This document shows positions 51,188-59,726 of a stretch of DNA of 64,000 bases, in pieces; position 1 is the first letter of the stretch; every line of letters starts with the position of its first letter. Both the position numbers and the translations under genes were made by a program. The notes below the pieces were generated by a model. It had not been told where the DNA came from. It saw only the letters and a program-made list of their open reading frames with translations, and made no database searches. Source of the DNA: Thermodesulfobacteriota bacterium (GTDB lineage: Bacteria; Desulfobacterota; Desulfobulbia; Desulfobulbales; SURF-16); assembly GCA_040755455.1 (NCBI GenBank), contig JBFMAY010000017.1:10580-74579 (forward strand), given 5' to 3'.

Positions 51188-52312
51188 ATGAATGAAATAT
51201 TCAGGAAACGAATTGTCCGCTGTACTGACTTGATGCAAAAGAATGATCTCGATGCGTTGATACTGACAAAACCGGCCAATATGCTCTACCTGACCGGCGA
51301 CGGGCGACTCTGCGCCTATGCTATGGTCACAAGAGACGGCCAGGTGGCAATGGGTGTGCCGCAAACAGATATTGAGGACGTAAAGCAAAGCGCCCGGGCC
51401 GATTTCATCGTTGGCTTTGACGACGAGGTGGGATTGATCCACTCGGTAGCGCATTTTTTTAAACATTTCGGAATGAGGGATGGCAAAGTTGGCCTTGAGT
51501 ATGCCTTTCTACCCCAACCGCGCCTTGGGATGTTCACACACCCCCATGCCAAGCCCAAGGAAATGGAAGCAAAGGACTGCACACCATTGATGTCCGAATT
51601 GCGCCTGGTCAAGGAAGACGGAGAGATTGACAGGATGCAAAAGGCGGCGGATGTTGCCGCCGTGGGCATGCAGGCCGCCCAGGCTGAAATCCGGCCCGGC
51701 ATTACGGAAAACGATATTGCCGCTGCGGCTGACTACGCTATGCGGCAGGCCGGAGCCACCGATTTGTATCGAAGCTATGTCGCCTCGGGGCCGCGCACCA
51801 ACATTGCCCATGGCCTGCCGAGCCTCAGAAAAATCGAAAAAAACGACCTGGTAATGATTGATCTGCATCCAGTGGTGGAGGGGTACAGCTCCGATCTGTG
51901 CCGTAATGTCTGTGCAGGTGATCCCACACCGGAACAACAGCAAGTATATGATCTTTATGTGAGCGCTCTTGAATCTACAATAAATATGGCCAAGGAAGGT
52001 GTCGGCATGATGGATCTTGAACAAAACATGCATTCAGTATTTAAAAAAGCAGGGCATGGTGATCATATCTTCGGCCCGCCGATCCATGGCATTGGCATCG
52101 AATTCGAGGAATCGCCCTTGCCCGCCGGGCATGCATTCTTCCATGGTGAAAAGGCGCCATCCCCCTTGCTCAGGAATGTGGTGATTGCGATTGGCAACTG
52201 CGGCTTATACACAGGTCAATGGGGGATACGGGAAGAGGATACCGTTGCCGTCGGCCAGGATGGTCCGTTGGTCCTGACACACTTCAAAAGACAACTTTCT
52301 TTGAAAGGATAG
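51188..52312 (+). CDS. M24 (Xaa-Pro) peptidase-family protein
   Basis: LRLVK, AHG, D..GYSSD, HGIGIEFEE, REEDT. Confidence 0.85.
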   Translation: MNEIFRKRIVRCTDLMQKNDLDALILTKPANMLYLTGDGRLCAYAMVTRDGQVAMGVPQTDIEDVKQSARADFIVGFDDEVGLIHSVAHFFKHFGMRDGKVGLEYAFLPQPRLGMFTHPHAKPKEMEAKDCTPLMSELRLVKEDGEIDRMQKAADVAAVGMQAAQAEIRPGITENDIAAAADYAMRQAGATDLYRSYVASGPRTNIAHGLPSLRKIEKNDLVMIDLHPVVEGYSSDLCRNVCAGDPTPEQQQVYDLYVSALESTINMAKEGVGMMDLEQNMHSVFKKAGHGDHIFGPPIHGIGIEFEESPLPAGHAFFHGEKAPSPLLRNVVIAIGNCGLYTGQWGIREEDTVAVGQDGPLVLTHFKRQLSLKG

Positions 52313-52410
52313 GAGGGTTACCATGGAAGAGGAATTAAAATGAGCTGTTTTGCGGCGGGATCTTGCGCTAACCGAATAACCCGATCAAACTCAAGAGCAA
52401 AAGTACATAT

Positions 52411-53442
52411 ATGGTATTAAAAGTATTTCATACTATATTCCACCATAGCGTTGCAATAGACCTTGGCACCGCTAACACCCGTGTTTATGCGCCTTCATGT
52501 TCCCAGTTGACAGAGACTCCTTCCTCAATAAGTCTGGTCACCAAAAAAACAAAGAATTTGTCGGATGAGTATCTGCAATACATCAACAAGAGGCTTTTCG
52601 CGCGGCCACTTCGTGGTGGAGTAATTGTTGATTTAAGAAACGCCATAATGTTATTAAAGCCATTAATCAGGAAAAGCAGAAAATATTGGTTGCCTCCTGT
52701 ATCATTGGCGAGTGCTCCAATGGATACAACAGACAGGGAGCGTGATATTCTACGTAAAGCCATTATTGATGCGGGTGCTTCTCAGGTTGCAATAATGCCA
52801 GAAGTTTGGGCTGCCGCAATTGGAGCTGGAATAGATATAACTCAGAAAAATGCACAATTGTTAATAGATATCGGTGATGGCGTTACTGACATGGCCGTAT
52901 TTCGCGATGGGCGTATAATTTATTCCTCATCCATTAGGGTGGCGTGCTCTGATATCCAAAAAGCTGTCCGATCTCTGATCGTGATGAAATACAAAATGCA
53001 ACTCCACGATAATGATATTGAAAAATTAACAAATGTTATTTCATTTATTCCGTGTAGAGAAAAATGCAGAGAAGAATTCTTTAGAATAAATGGATTCGAT
53101 ATTTTCAAAAGAAATGAAGTTAATTTTTGCGTTAGCAAAATGGATATAATTAATTCAATAGAGCCAAAAATAGATAAAATTATAAAACAAATTGAATATT
53201 TTCTGAAAAAACTCCCAGAAAAAATATATTTAGAAATAATTGAGTCTGGAATTTGCCTCACCGGTGGTGGCGCTTGCATTGAAGGGATGGATACCCTTAT
53301 AGCATTAAAAACCAAAATGGATGTCATAGTCCCACCTGACCCAACACACGCAGTTATAAATGGTGCCATTCAAACTTTGAATTATTGGGATGGGAAGAAA
53401 AACTGGTGGGAGAATATTGCTTGGCCAAAACTTTCATCTTGA
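52411..53442 (+). CDS. divergent MreB-like actin ATPase
   Basis: IDLGTANT, PLRGGVI, AAAIGAG, DIGDGVTD, LTGGGA. Confidence 0.85.
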   Translation: MVLKVFHTIFHHSVAIDLGTANTRVYAPSCSQLTETPSSISLVTKKTKNLSDEYLQYINKRLFARPLRGGVIVDLRNAIMLLKPLIRKSRKYWLPPVSLASAPMDTTDRERDILRKAIIDAGASQVAIMPEVWAAAIGAGIDITQKNAQLLIDIGDGVTDMAVFRDGRIIYSSSIRVACSDIQKAVRSLIVMKYKMQLHDNDIEKLTNVISFIPCREKCREEFFRINGFDIFKRNEVNFCVSKMDIINSIEPKIDKIIKQIEYFLKKLPEKIYLEIIESGICLTGGGACIEGMDTLIALKTKMDVIVPPDPTHAVINGAIQTLNYWDGKKNWWENIAWPKLSS

Positions 53443-53519
53443 CCAAACTAAGAAACAGCCCAACAACAGTATAACCATGGCATGATGAAATACTTCAGAG
53501 AACGAAAAGGAGAAATGGA

Positions 53520-55250
53520 ATGGCTAAGCATCAATTCATCCTGTTCCTGACGTTTTTTATTTCATGGCAGGCTGTAATCTTTTCCATTCCCGCATGTCTG
53601 GCCGAAAACAGACTGCACATGGAGTCAACCGAAATATTGACGTCCAATATGAGTTGTGAAGAATGCCATGAAAAAGCAACACCCAGGATATACGCGGAAC
53701 ATGCTGCAAGCGTTCATGCCCGTGAGGGAGTGGGCTGCGTTGACTGCCATGGCGACGATCATCGGAACATGGTTACCGTTACGGCAAGAAACGGTTGTGC
53801 TCAGTGCCATCCTGAAGAAACGGCCGAGTATCTGGCCAGCGACCACAGCAAATCATGGGAAAACATGCTGGCCAGCGCCAGGTACATGAAGCAGCCGGAA
53901 GTCGTAAGAAGGCAAGGCTGCGAGTCGTGTCATCGGATCGGCTTCGGCGAGGCGGACGGTCGTTGTGACTTCTGTCATATGAAGCATAGTTTTTCCAGAG
54001 CTGAAGCAGCCCGACCGGCATCCTGCTACACCTGTCATATGGGACCTGATCATCCACAGATGGAGGCGTATCGAAAATCGGGACATCATTTTACTCCGGC
54101 CACCTGCGCCAGTTGCCATTTTCCGGCCACCCACAACGTTAATGCAAACCTTAACCGCCTGAGCCAGGACTATATCGGCATGGAATGCTCCCAATGCCAT
54201 GACCAGGCCTTTAACCGGCAATGGATGGATGGTGCCGCAATGCTGGAAGAGCAGGGCAAACAACTGCTGGCTGCGGGCCAGCGGATAATTGAACAACTGA
54301 GTGACAACGGATTGTTGTATCCCAATCCGCTCGAACGGGAAGCGAACCCGGTGGAAGGCAGGACATTGGTGCTGGGTGACCACCAGTTGTATGAAGATAC
54401 CTCGCGAGCGGAAAAACTCTATTTTGAGATGAAGAAGTATCTCCAGGTCCATCTGGTTCAAGGTGCTTATCACCAGGATTTTAAAATGGCCGCCTATGAA
54501 GGGTTGATACCATTACGGAATTATCTTGCCGAACTCCAGTCGGAAGCGCAACTTCTGAAGGAACTGGCGGCCGGGAAGGAACCGTTGACGCCGGTTGATA
54601 CCTATATCCGGCAACGGGATACAACGGATCTGTACCAAAAAATATATGAGTCATCCTTTCATGGTGTATTGCCAGCTGACAGAAGAAAGCCGGATTGCAG
54701 GACCTGCCATGGGGAACATGAGCCAAGGCCGTTGTCAACAGAGGAATTGTCGGCTATATGCGACGAATGCCATACAAATGCGCAGGTTGAAATCATCAGG
54801 CGAGATCTTGCTAAAATTAAAAATCATGCTGCCGGCCTGAGCCATACCGGGCGTTCAATAATCGAAGAGTTACTGAATCGGGGAATTGTTCAAAAAGACA
54901 AAGACAACCATCTGGAATTGAAGGCCGTTTTAGGCTCGGATTCGAGTCAGGCAGTGGCCCGGATACTGGTGGACCGACTGAACCATTATCTCGTTGATCT
55001 GGACGAAAGTTTGAAGGTCATGGTGGCAGGAGCAGCTCATTCGAACCCCGATTACGCCCACTGGTATGGAAATGCCCCGGCAAAAAGCGATTTGATCGAG
55101 ATACGGGATGCGGCTCATAAGCTGACACAGATAAGGGAAATATATGGCAAGCGCTCGTCGGTTTTGATTTGGAGTATTTTATTAATTGCCGGCTTCCTGC
55201 TTACCGTATTTTATATCGGCATAATCAGGCGAAGGGCAAGGAGAGGATAG
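53520..55250 (+). CDS. 10-heme cytochrome c, hydroxylamine oxidoreductase-like
   Basis: signal peptide, ten CxxCH motifs, CHMGPDHPQ, C-terminal TM. Confidence 0.85.
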   Translation: MAKHQFILFLTFFISWQAVIFSIPACLAENRLHMESTEILTSNMSCEECHEKATPRIYAEHAASVHAREGVGCVDCHGDDHRNMVTVTARNGCAQCHPEETAEYLASDHSKSWENMLASARYMKQPEVVRRQGCESCHRIGFGEADGRCDFCHMKHSFSRAEAARPASCYTCHMGPDHPQMEAYRKSGHHFTPATCASCHFPATHNVNANLNRLSQDYIGMECSQCHDQAFNRQWMDGAAMLEEQGKQLLAAGQRIIEQLSDNGLLYPNPLEREANPVEGRTLVLGDHQLYEDTSRAEKLYFEMKKYLQVHLVQGAYHQDFKMAAYEGLIPLRNYLAELQSEAQLLKELAAGKEPLTPVDTYIRQRDTTDLYQKIYESSFHGVLPADRRKPDCRTCHGEHEPRPLSTEELSAICDECHTNAQVEIIRRDLAKIKNHAAGLSHTGRSIIEELLNRGIVQKDKDNHLELKAVLGSDSSQAVARILVDRLNHYLVDLDESLKVMVAGAAHSNPDYAHWYGNAPAKSDLIEIRDAAHKLTQIREIYGKRSSVLIWSILLIAGFLLTVFYIGIIRRRARRG

Positions 55251-55271
55251 ATTCATTATCAAGGGGGCGTC

Positions 55272-56474
55272 ATGACAATACCAATAAACGATAATGTGAG
55301 GTGGGTTGGCAAGATAGATTGGGAATTGCGAAAATTTCATGGTGATGAGTATTCAACCGACAGAGGATCGACCTACAATTCTTACTTGGTCCAGGACGAA
55401 AAAGTCGCGTTGATTGATACGGTCTGGAGTCCTTTCAGCGACGATTTTCTTGATAATCTGTCCAAGGAAATCGACTTGCAGGAAATCGACTATATAATCA
55501 TCAACCATGCTGAGTCCGACCATAGCGGCGCTTTGCCCGCATTGATGAAAGAATTGCCTGACAGGCCCGTATACTGCACGGCCAATGCAGTTAAGTCGTT
55601 AACAGGTCATTACCACCAGGACTGGGACTTTAAAACCGTGAAAACCGGGGACAGGTTGTCCCTTGGCAAGAAGGATCTTGTGTTTGTTCAGGCTCCGATG
55701 CTTCATTGGCCGGACAGCATGTTCTGCTACCTGACCGGAGACAACATCCTGTTCAGTAACGATGCCTTCGGGCAACATCTGGCGTCGGAAGGCATGTTCA
55801 ACGATCTGGTTGACCGTTGCGAACTATATCAGGAATGCATGAAATACTACGCCAACATTCTCACACCGTTCAGCAAACTCGTGAAAAAGAAGATTGAGGA
55901 ATTCGTGCAGTTGGATTTGCCTGTCGATTTAATTTGCACGAGTCATGGCGTGATTTGGCGGGACGATCCTTTGCAGATTGTTAAACAGTATGCAGCCTGG
56001 GCGGAAGATTATCAGGAAAACCAGATAACCATCATTTATGACACCATGTGGAACAGTACCAGGAAGATGGCTGAAACAATCGCTGCGGGCATCCGATCCG
56101 TCGATCCCGGGGTAACCGTCAAGGTGCTGAATTCTGCCAAAAGCGATAAAAATGACATTATTACAGAGGTGTTTAGATCAAAGGCGATTCTGGTTGGCTC
56201 CCCAACCATCAACAAGGGAATTCTGTTTTCTGTTGCCGGTATTCTTGAAGCGATACGCGGTTTGCAGTTCAAAGGCAAAAAAGCTGCGGCCTTCGGATCA
56301 TACGGCTGGAGTGGAGAATGTATTAAAATAATTACTGATCGTTTGCGAGAGTCTGGATTTGAGATTGTGAGCGAAGGGATCCGTGAACCCTGGAAACCTG
56401 ATAGCAAAGCCCTTGGAGACTGTTATGATTTTGGTAAAATGTTTGCAGGAGTATGTCCTTTTACAGGGAAATAA
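55272..56474 (+). CDS. fprA: flavodiiron protein (FprA-type NO/O2 reductase)
   Basis: NHAESDHSG, HWPDSM, SNDAFGQH, flavodoxin domain AFGSYGWSG. Confidence 0.92.
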   Translation: MTIPINDNVRWVGKIDWELRKFHGDEYSTDRGSTYNSYLVQDEKVALIDTVWSPFSDDFLDNLSKEIDLQEIDYIIINHAESDHSGALPALMKELPDRPVYCTANAVKSLTGHYHQDWDFKTVKTGDRLSLGKKDLVFVQAPMLHWPDSMFCYLTGDNILFSNDAFGQHLASEGMFNDLVDRCELYQECMKYYANILTPFSKLVKKKIEEFVQLDLPVDLICTSHGVIWRDDPLQIVKQYAAWAEDYQENQITIIYDTMWNSTRKMAETIAAGIRSVDPGVTVKVLNSAKSDKNDIITEVFRSKAILVGSPTINKGILFSVAGILEAIRGLQFKGKKAAAFGSYGWSGECIKIITDRLRESGFEIVSEGIREPWKPDSKALGDCYDFGKMFAGVCPFTGK

Positions 56475-56608
56475 TGAGTTCACTCCTTTCATTTTCCCCT
56501 TGCCTTTTTCGATCTAATCCATAAGAATAAGGTCATTATTCCGGCTCATTTCACAATGAGATACCCCTTTTCAGGGCTTAGCTGAACACATTTTCTGTGT
56601 TCTTGAAT

Positions 56609-56768
56609 TCCAGGTACCACAGCTTCGCATGTATTGGTGCGTCCAGGTTTAATCGCGGATGCGGACCTGCGCCTCCATGTAATTTTGCGTGGCTATCCCA
56701 TCTTCTTTATTCCCTATTCCCATCTTCGCCAGCGCTCCGGGTTTAATCACTTTTGTGAACCTCCAGGT
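56609..56768 (+). repeat. spaced TCCRKGT repeats upstream of the DNA-processing operon
   Basis: TCCAGGT 56609, TCCAGGTTTAATC 56642, TCCATGT 56674, TCCGGGTTTAATC 56736, TCCAGGT 56762. Confidence 0.45.
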
Positions 56769-56797
56769 CCGTCAGGCGAGATATTTTTTCTGTAAAT

Positions 56798-56891
56798 CCA
56801 TCAACCCCATCAATCGGGAGCGAAACAACTTTCTGCTCCCACCGGGGCGTTGTTGTTTTTCTCCCACTACCAACAGGAGGAAACAACAATG
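56798..56891 (+). promoter_or_regulatory. structured RBS-switch leader, copy 1
   Basis: A GGGAGCGAAACAAC (56816-29); B TTGTTGTTTTTCTCCC (56850-65); C GGAGGAAACAACAA (56876-89); B pairs with A or C. Confidence 0.7.
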
Positions 56892-57545
56892 GCAGCAACA
56901 ATCAAAGAAAAGATCGAACAGATCAACGAAAGATTACGATCTTTCGGCAAGGAAGCGGTCCAGGAAATCAAAATGACGGGCAAGGACGGCAAGGTCATCG
57001 GCCAGGTTAAATACGGCTACCGGCCCCAGTACGTTTTCGATTCCGTCAACGAATTCATCGGACCGGAGAACTGGAAGTACGAATTGACCAAGGAAGAGAT
57101 CTTCGATACCCAAGCGGTTGCCGAAGTAAAACTCTTCCTCAAGGTCGATGGCGAATGGCTCTGCAAGGGATCGCAGAAAGGCCAGATGCAGATTGTCAAA
57201 GGCAATGTCGGCGATGCCCAGAAAGGCGCGATCACCGATGCCATCCAGAAATGCATGTCGCTTCTCTCCATCGGCAGCGATTCCTACAAGGGACTGCTGA
57301 TCAAAGTCTATCAGGCGAATCCCCTGAAAACCCAGTCCGGCAAGAAAAATCAAGCGGACGGAAAAACAGCGGACGAGAGCAACAAACCTTCGGCCATGCC
57401 CAAGATCGCCGGCGTCACCTTTGAGAATCGTCAAGGGGTCATCGTCGCCATTGGAGACAGGCTCTACGACAAAAAGGAACTGCTCAAGGCCGCCGGTTTT
57501 CAATGGGACAAGTCCGAAAAGACCTGGATGAGAAAAGCGGCATAG
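56889..57545 (+). CDS. Rad52/Sak-like single-strand annealing protein
   Basis: VFDSVNEFIGPENW...GDAQKGAITDAIQKCMSLLSIG; C-terminal KELLKAAGFQWD..KTW module. Confidence 0.7.
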   Translation: MAATIKEKIEQINERLRSFGKEAVQEIKMTGKDGKVIGQVKYGYRPQYVFDSVNEFIGPENWKYELTKEEIFDTQAVAEVKLFLKVDGEWLCKGSQKGQMQIVKGNVGDAQKGAITDAIQKCMSLLSIGSDSYKGLLIKVYQANPLKTQSGKKNQADGKTADESNKPSAMPKIAGVTFENRQGVIVAIGDRLYDKKELLKAAGFQWDKSEKTWMRKAA

Positions 57546-57551
57546 TCAAAC

Positions 57552-57642
57552 AACCACCCGTAAACCAGAGGGAGTGAACACCATTCCCCTGGCGGGAATA
57601 CGTGTATCCTCCCCGAACAATCAATCATGGAGGATACTCATG
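57552..57642 (+). promoter_or_regulatory. structured RBS-switch leader, copy 2
   Basis: A GGGAGTGAACAC (57570-81); B GTGTATCCTCCC (57602-13); C GGAGGATAC (57629-37). Confidence 0.7.
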
Positions 57643-58611
57643 TCAGACCAGTTAATGATCACCCTGCAGGCCGCTCTCCAGCAGTTGGCCATTCAACAAA
57701 CCGTGGAAACGCTTGGCGACCGCGCCACTTATCTCGGCGCATCCGATATCGCCTCGTGCCCACGCAAAACCATTCTTTCAAAAATTAATCCCCCTGAAGC
57801 CGACCTGGTGACCCTGCTTCGTTTCAGGCGCGGGCACATGGCTGAAGACATTGTGGCAGCTGCGTTCTCCGCCGCCGGCTTTACCAATTTCACCCGGCAG
57901 GTGGAAGTTCAGTACGCAGGCGATGTTCCGGTCACGGCCCACATCGATTTCGTCTTCACATCCGAAGCCAGGAAGACCATGGCCGTTCTGGAAGTGAAAT
58001 CACCGGAGACCATCCCGGCACATCCATACGGCTCCTGGGAAACCCAGCTCTATTTGCAGATGGGACTGCTTGCCGCGGCCTACCCCGAATACACCGTCGA
58101 AAAGGGCGCGATTCTCGCGGTCAACTTCGGCGCGTCGGGCATGGAGCTGTTCAACGGCTACACGCCGCAGGTAACTATTTTTGAAGGGTTGATCGACCGG
58201 GCATGCACCATCTGGAGCGACTACCAGAAGGTTATGACTGATTCGTCAACGGTACCGGCCATGGAGGTCAGCCCTTTGTGCGGTTATTGCCCCTTTGTGG
58301 CGGACTGTCCGAAATTCGAGGCCGAAGAGGTCCGGGAACTCACCGAAAGCGTCGAGATCCTCACCGAACTGCAACAACAGCAGAAAAACCTCGAAAAGGA
58401 CATCGACATCCGCAAAAGGGATCTTCTGGCACTTGTTGCAGTGCGAGGACCGATCAAGGCCCATGGCAGACTGATTCAGAAAGCAACCCGCACCAGAAAG
58501 ACATTAGACACGAATCGTCTCGCCGATTTTCTCAAGGACTATGGGCAATCCCTGACTGATTTTCAGGATACCAGCTCCTATTCCTTCCTGGAAATCAAGA
58601 AGGCGGCCTGA
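57640..58611 (+). CDS. Cas4-like PD-(D/E)xK exonuclease with four-Cys cluster
   Basis: ASDIASCPRK, RGH, HIDF, LEVKS, QL..Q, CGYCPFVADC. Confidence 0.75.
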   Translation: MSDQLMITLQAALQQLAIQQTVETLGDRATYLGASDIASCPRKTILSKINPPEADLVTLLRFRRGHMAEDIVAAAFSAAGFTNFTRQVEVQYAGDVPVTAHIDFVFTSEARKTMAVLEVKSPETIPAHPYGSWETQLYLQMGLLAAAYPEYTVEKGAILAVNFGASGMELFNGYTPQVTIFEGLIDRACTIWSDYQKVMTDSSTVPAMEVSPLCGYCPFVADCPKFEAEEVRELTESVEILTELQQQQKNLEKDIDIRKRDLLALVAVRGPIKAHGRLIQKATRTRKTLDTNRLADFLKDYGQSLTDFQDTSSYSFLEIKKAA

Positions 58612-58637
58612 TTCCTATCCGGAATCATTAACCAACA

Positions 58638-58727
58638 ATACCCGTAACCCGGGGGTGAAACAACACCCCTTCGGGCGGTAGCTTGTCTTCACCCTCTGGC
58701 TGCAATCACACCAAGGAGAAGACAATG
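58638..58727 (+). promoter_or_regulatory. structured RBS-switch leader, copy 3
   Basis: A GGGGGTGAAACAA (58651-63); B TTGTCTTCACCCT (58683-95); C GGAGAAGACAA (58715-25). Confidence 0.7.
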
Positions 58728-58829
58728 CTTACAAAAATCATCATAACCACCGGCATTATCGTCACTGTCATCTATCAGGCCCAGAACCTCATTCTCCGAG
58801 TCGCCAAGCTCATGCTGACGACGGGTTAA
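58725..58829 (+). CDS. 34-aa hydrophobic small protein (absent from the ORF track)
   Basis: AAGGAG RBS; MLTKIIITTGIIVTVIYQAQNLILRVAKLMLTTG*. Confidence 0.6.
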   Translation: MLTKIIITTGIIVTVIYQAQNLILRVAKLMLTTG

Positions 58830-58844
58830 CGAGGAGGTGCGGCC

Positions 58845-59054
58845 ATGGAAAACAGTAAAGACGTGCAAATGCCGAAAGTAATAATCCATGTGGAAGGCGG
58901 TCTGGTTCAGGCGGTGTACTCCAAGGAGGAACTGGATGTTCAGGTATATGACCTGGATATGCCGGACTTCGCCACCAAGACTGAAATCGAGTCAATGAAA
59001 ACGATTGCCGCTGAATTTGAAACGGAAATCAAAGATATGCAACAGATTTATTAA
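58845..59054 (+). CDS. small acidic hypothetical protein
   Basis: GAGGAGG RBS; IIHVEGGLVQAVYS...DLD. Confidence 0.7.
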   Translation: MENSKDVQMPKVIIHVEGGLVQAVYSKEELDVQVYDLDMPDFATKTEIESMKTIAAEFETEIKDMQQIY

Positions 59055-59084
59055 GATGGCCCGGAGAATATCCGGTCTCGAACT

Positions 59085-59170
59085 AAACCCACTTAATATG
59101 GGGACGCAACACTCTCCCCATGGTGGGGACAGGTTCGCGCCCCTGCTTTTTCAAAAGGAGCAATATCATG
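59085..59170 (+). promoter_or_regulatory. structured RBS-switch leader, copy 4 (variant)
   Basis: CCCAC/GTGGG and ATGGGGA/TCCCCAT stems; A GGGGACGCAAC pairs GTTCGCGCCCC; the adjacent TGCTTTT pairs AGGAGCA. Confidence 0.55.
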
Positions 59171-59566
59171 TTGAACAAGACAATGTTAATCGGAAATTTA
59201 GGCGCTGACGTGGAAACCCGTTACACCAAGAACCAGGTGGCTGTCGCCAACTTCAGGGTCGCGACCACGGAACGGTGGAAGAATTCGGAGGGCGAGCAAC
59301 AGGAAGCCACCGAATGGCACCGAGTTGTGGCATTTGGCCGACTGGCGGAAATCTGCGGTGAATATCTCGCCAAAGGTTCCAGGGTGTATATCGAAGGCCG
59401 CCTGCAGACCAGAAAATGGGAAGACGCGGATGGCAACACCCGGTTCACCACGGAAATCATCGCCCGCGAGATGAAAATGCTCGGCGGCGGCGACAAGGCG
59501 GAAGGTGTTCCGGCCCCGCCGGAAGACGGCCTTGAACCGCCCATGTCGGATGACGTGCCTTTCTGA
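59168..59566 (+). CDS. ssb: single-stranded DNA-binding protein
   Basis: [28 protein letters not shown]-terminal DDVPF. Confidence 0.96.
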   Translation: MLNKTMLIGNLGADVETRYTKNQVAVANFRVATTERWKNSEGEQQEATEWHRVVAFGRLAEICGEYLAKGSRVYIEGRLQTRKWEDADGNTRFTTEIIAREMKMLGGGDKAEGVPAPPEDGLEPPMSDDVPF

Positions 59567-59583
59567 GACGCAACACTACAGAG

Positions 59584-59619
59584 AAGCCTGAATCCTGCAC
59601 CCGCAGGGTTCGGGCTTTT
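59584..59619 (+). terminator. terminator-like hairpin after ssb
   Basis: AAGCCTGAATCCTGC-ACCC-GCAGGGTTCGGGCTTTT. Confidence 0.6.
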
Positions 59620-59652
59620 CCCTACATGAATTCTGAACGAAAACAAAATCTC

Positions 59653-59726
59653 AAAACCCCGACCGGGGGCAATCGCCCTCAGCGGGTGGTTTTACCTCCG
59701 GCGCACACAAAGGAGCAAGACCAATG
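59653..59726 (+). promoter_or_regulatory. structured RBS-switch leader, copy 5
   Basis: A CCGGGGGCAA (59663-72); B TGGTTTTACCTCCGG (59687-701); C GGAGCAAGACCA (59712-23). Confidence 0.65.

Noticed and set aside
52311..52379. Strong RBS plus MEEELK-TGA-AVLRRDLALTE as a tiny selenopeptide
   Set aside because: Too short, with no recognisable family or convincing SECIS; more likely a gene remnant.
53443..53480. attC after the MreB-like gene (GCCCAAC)
   Set aside because: No palindromic partner or GTTRRRY at a suitable distance.
56480..58611. CRISPR array or CRISPR-Cas locus near the Cas4-like gene
   Set aside because: The repeats are only 7-13 nt and irregular, with no 25-40 nt repeat-spacer units and no cas1 or cas2.
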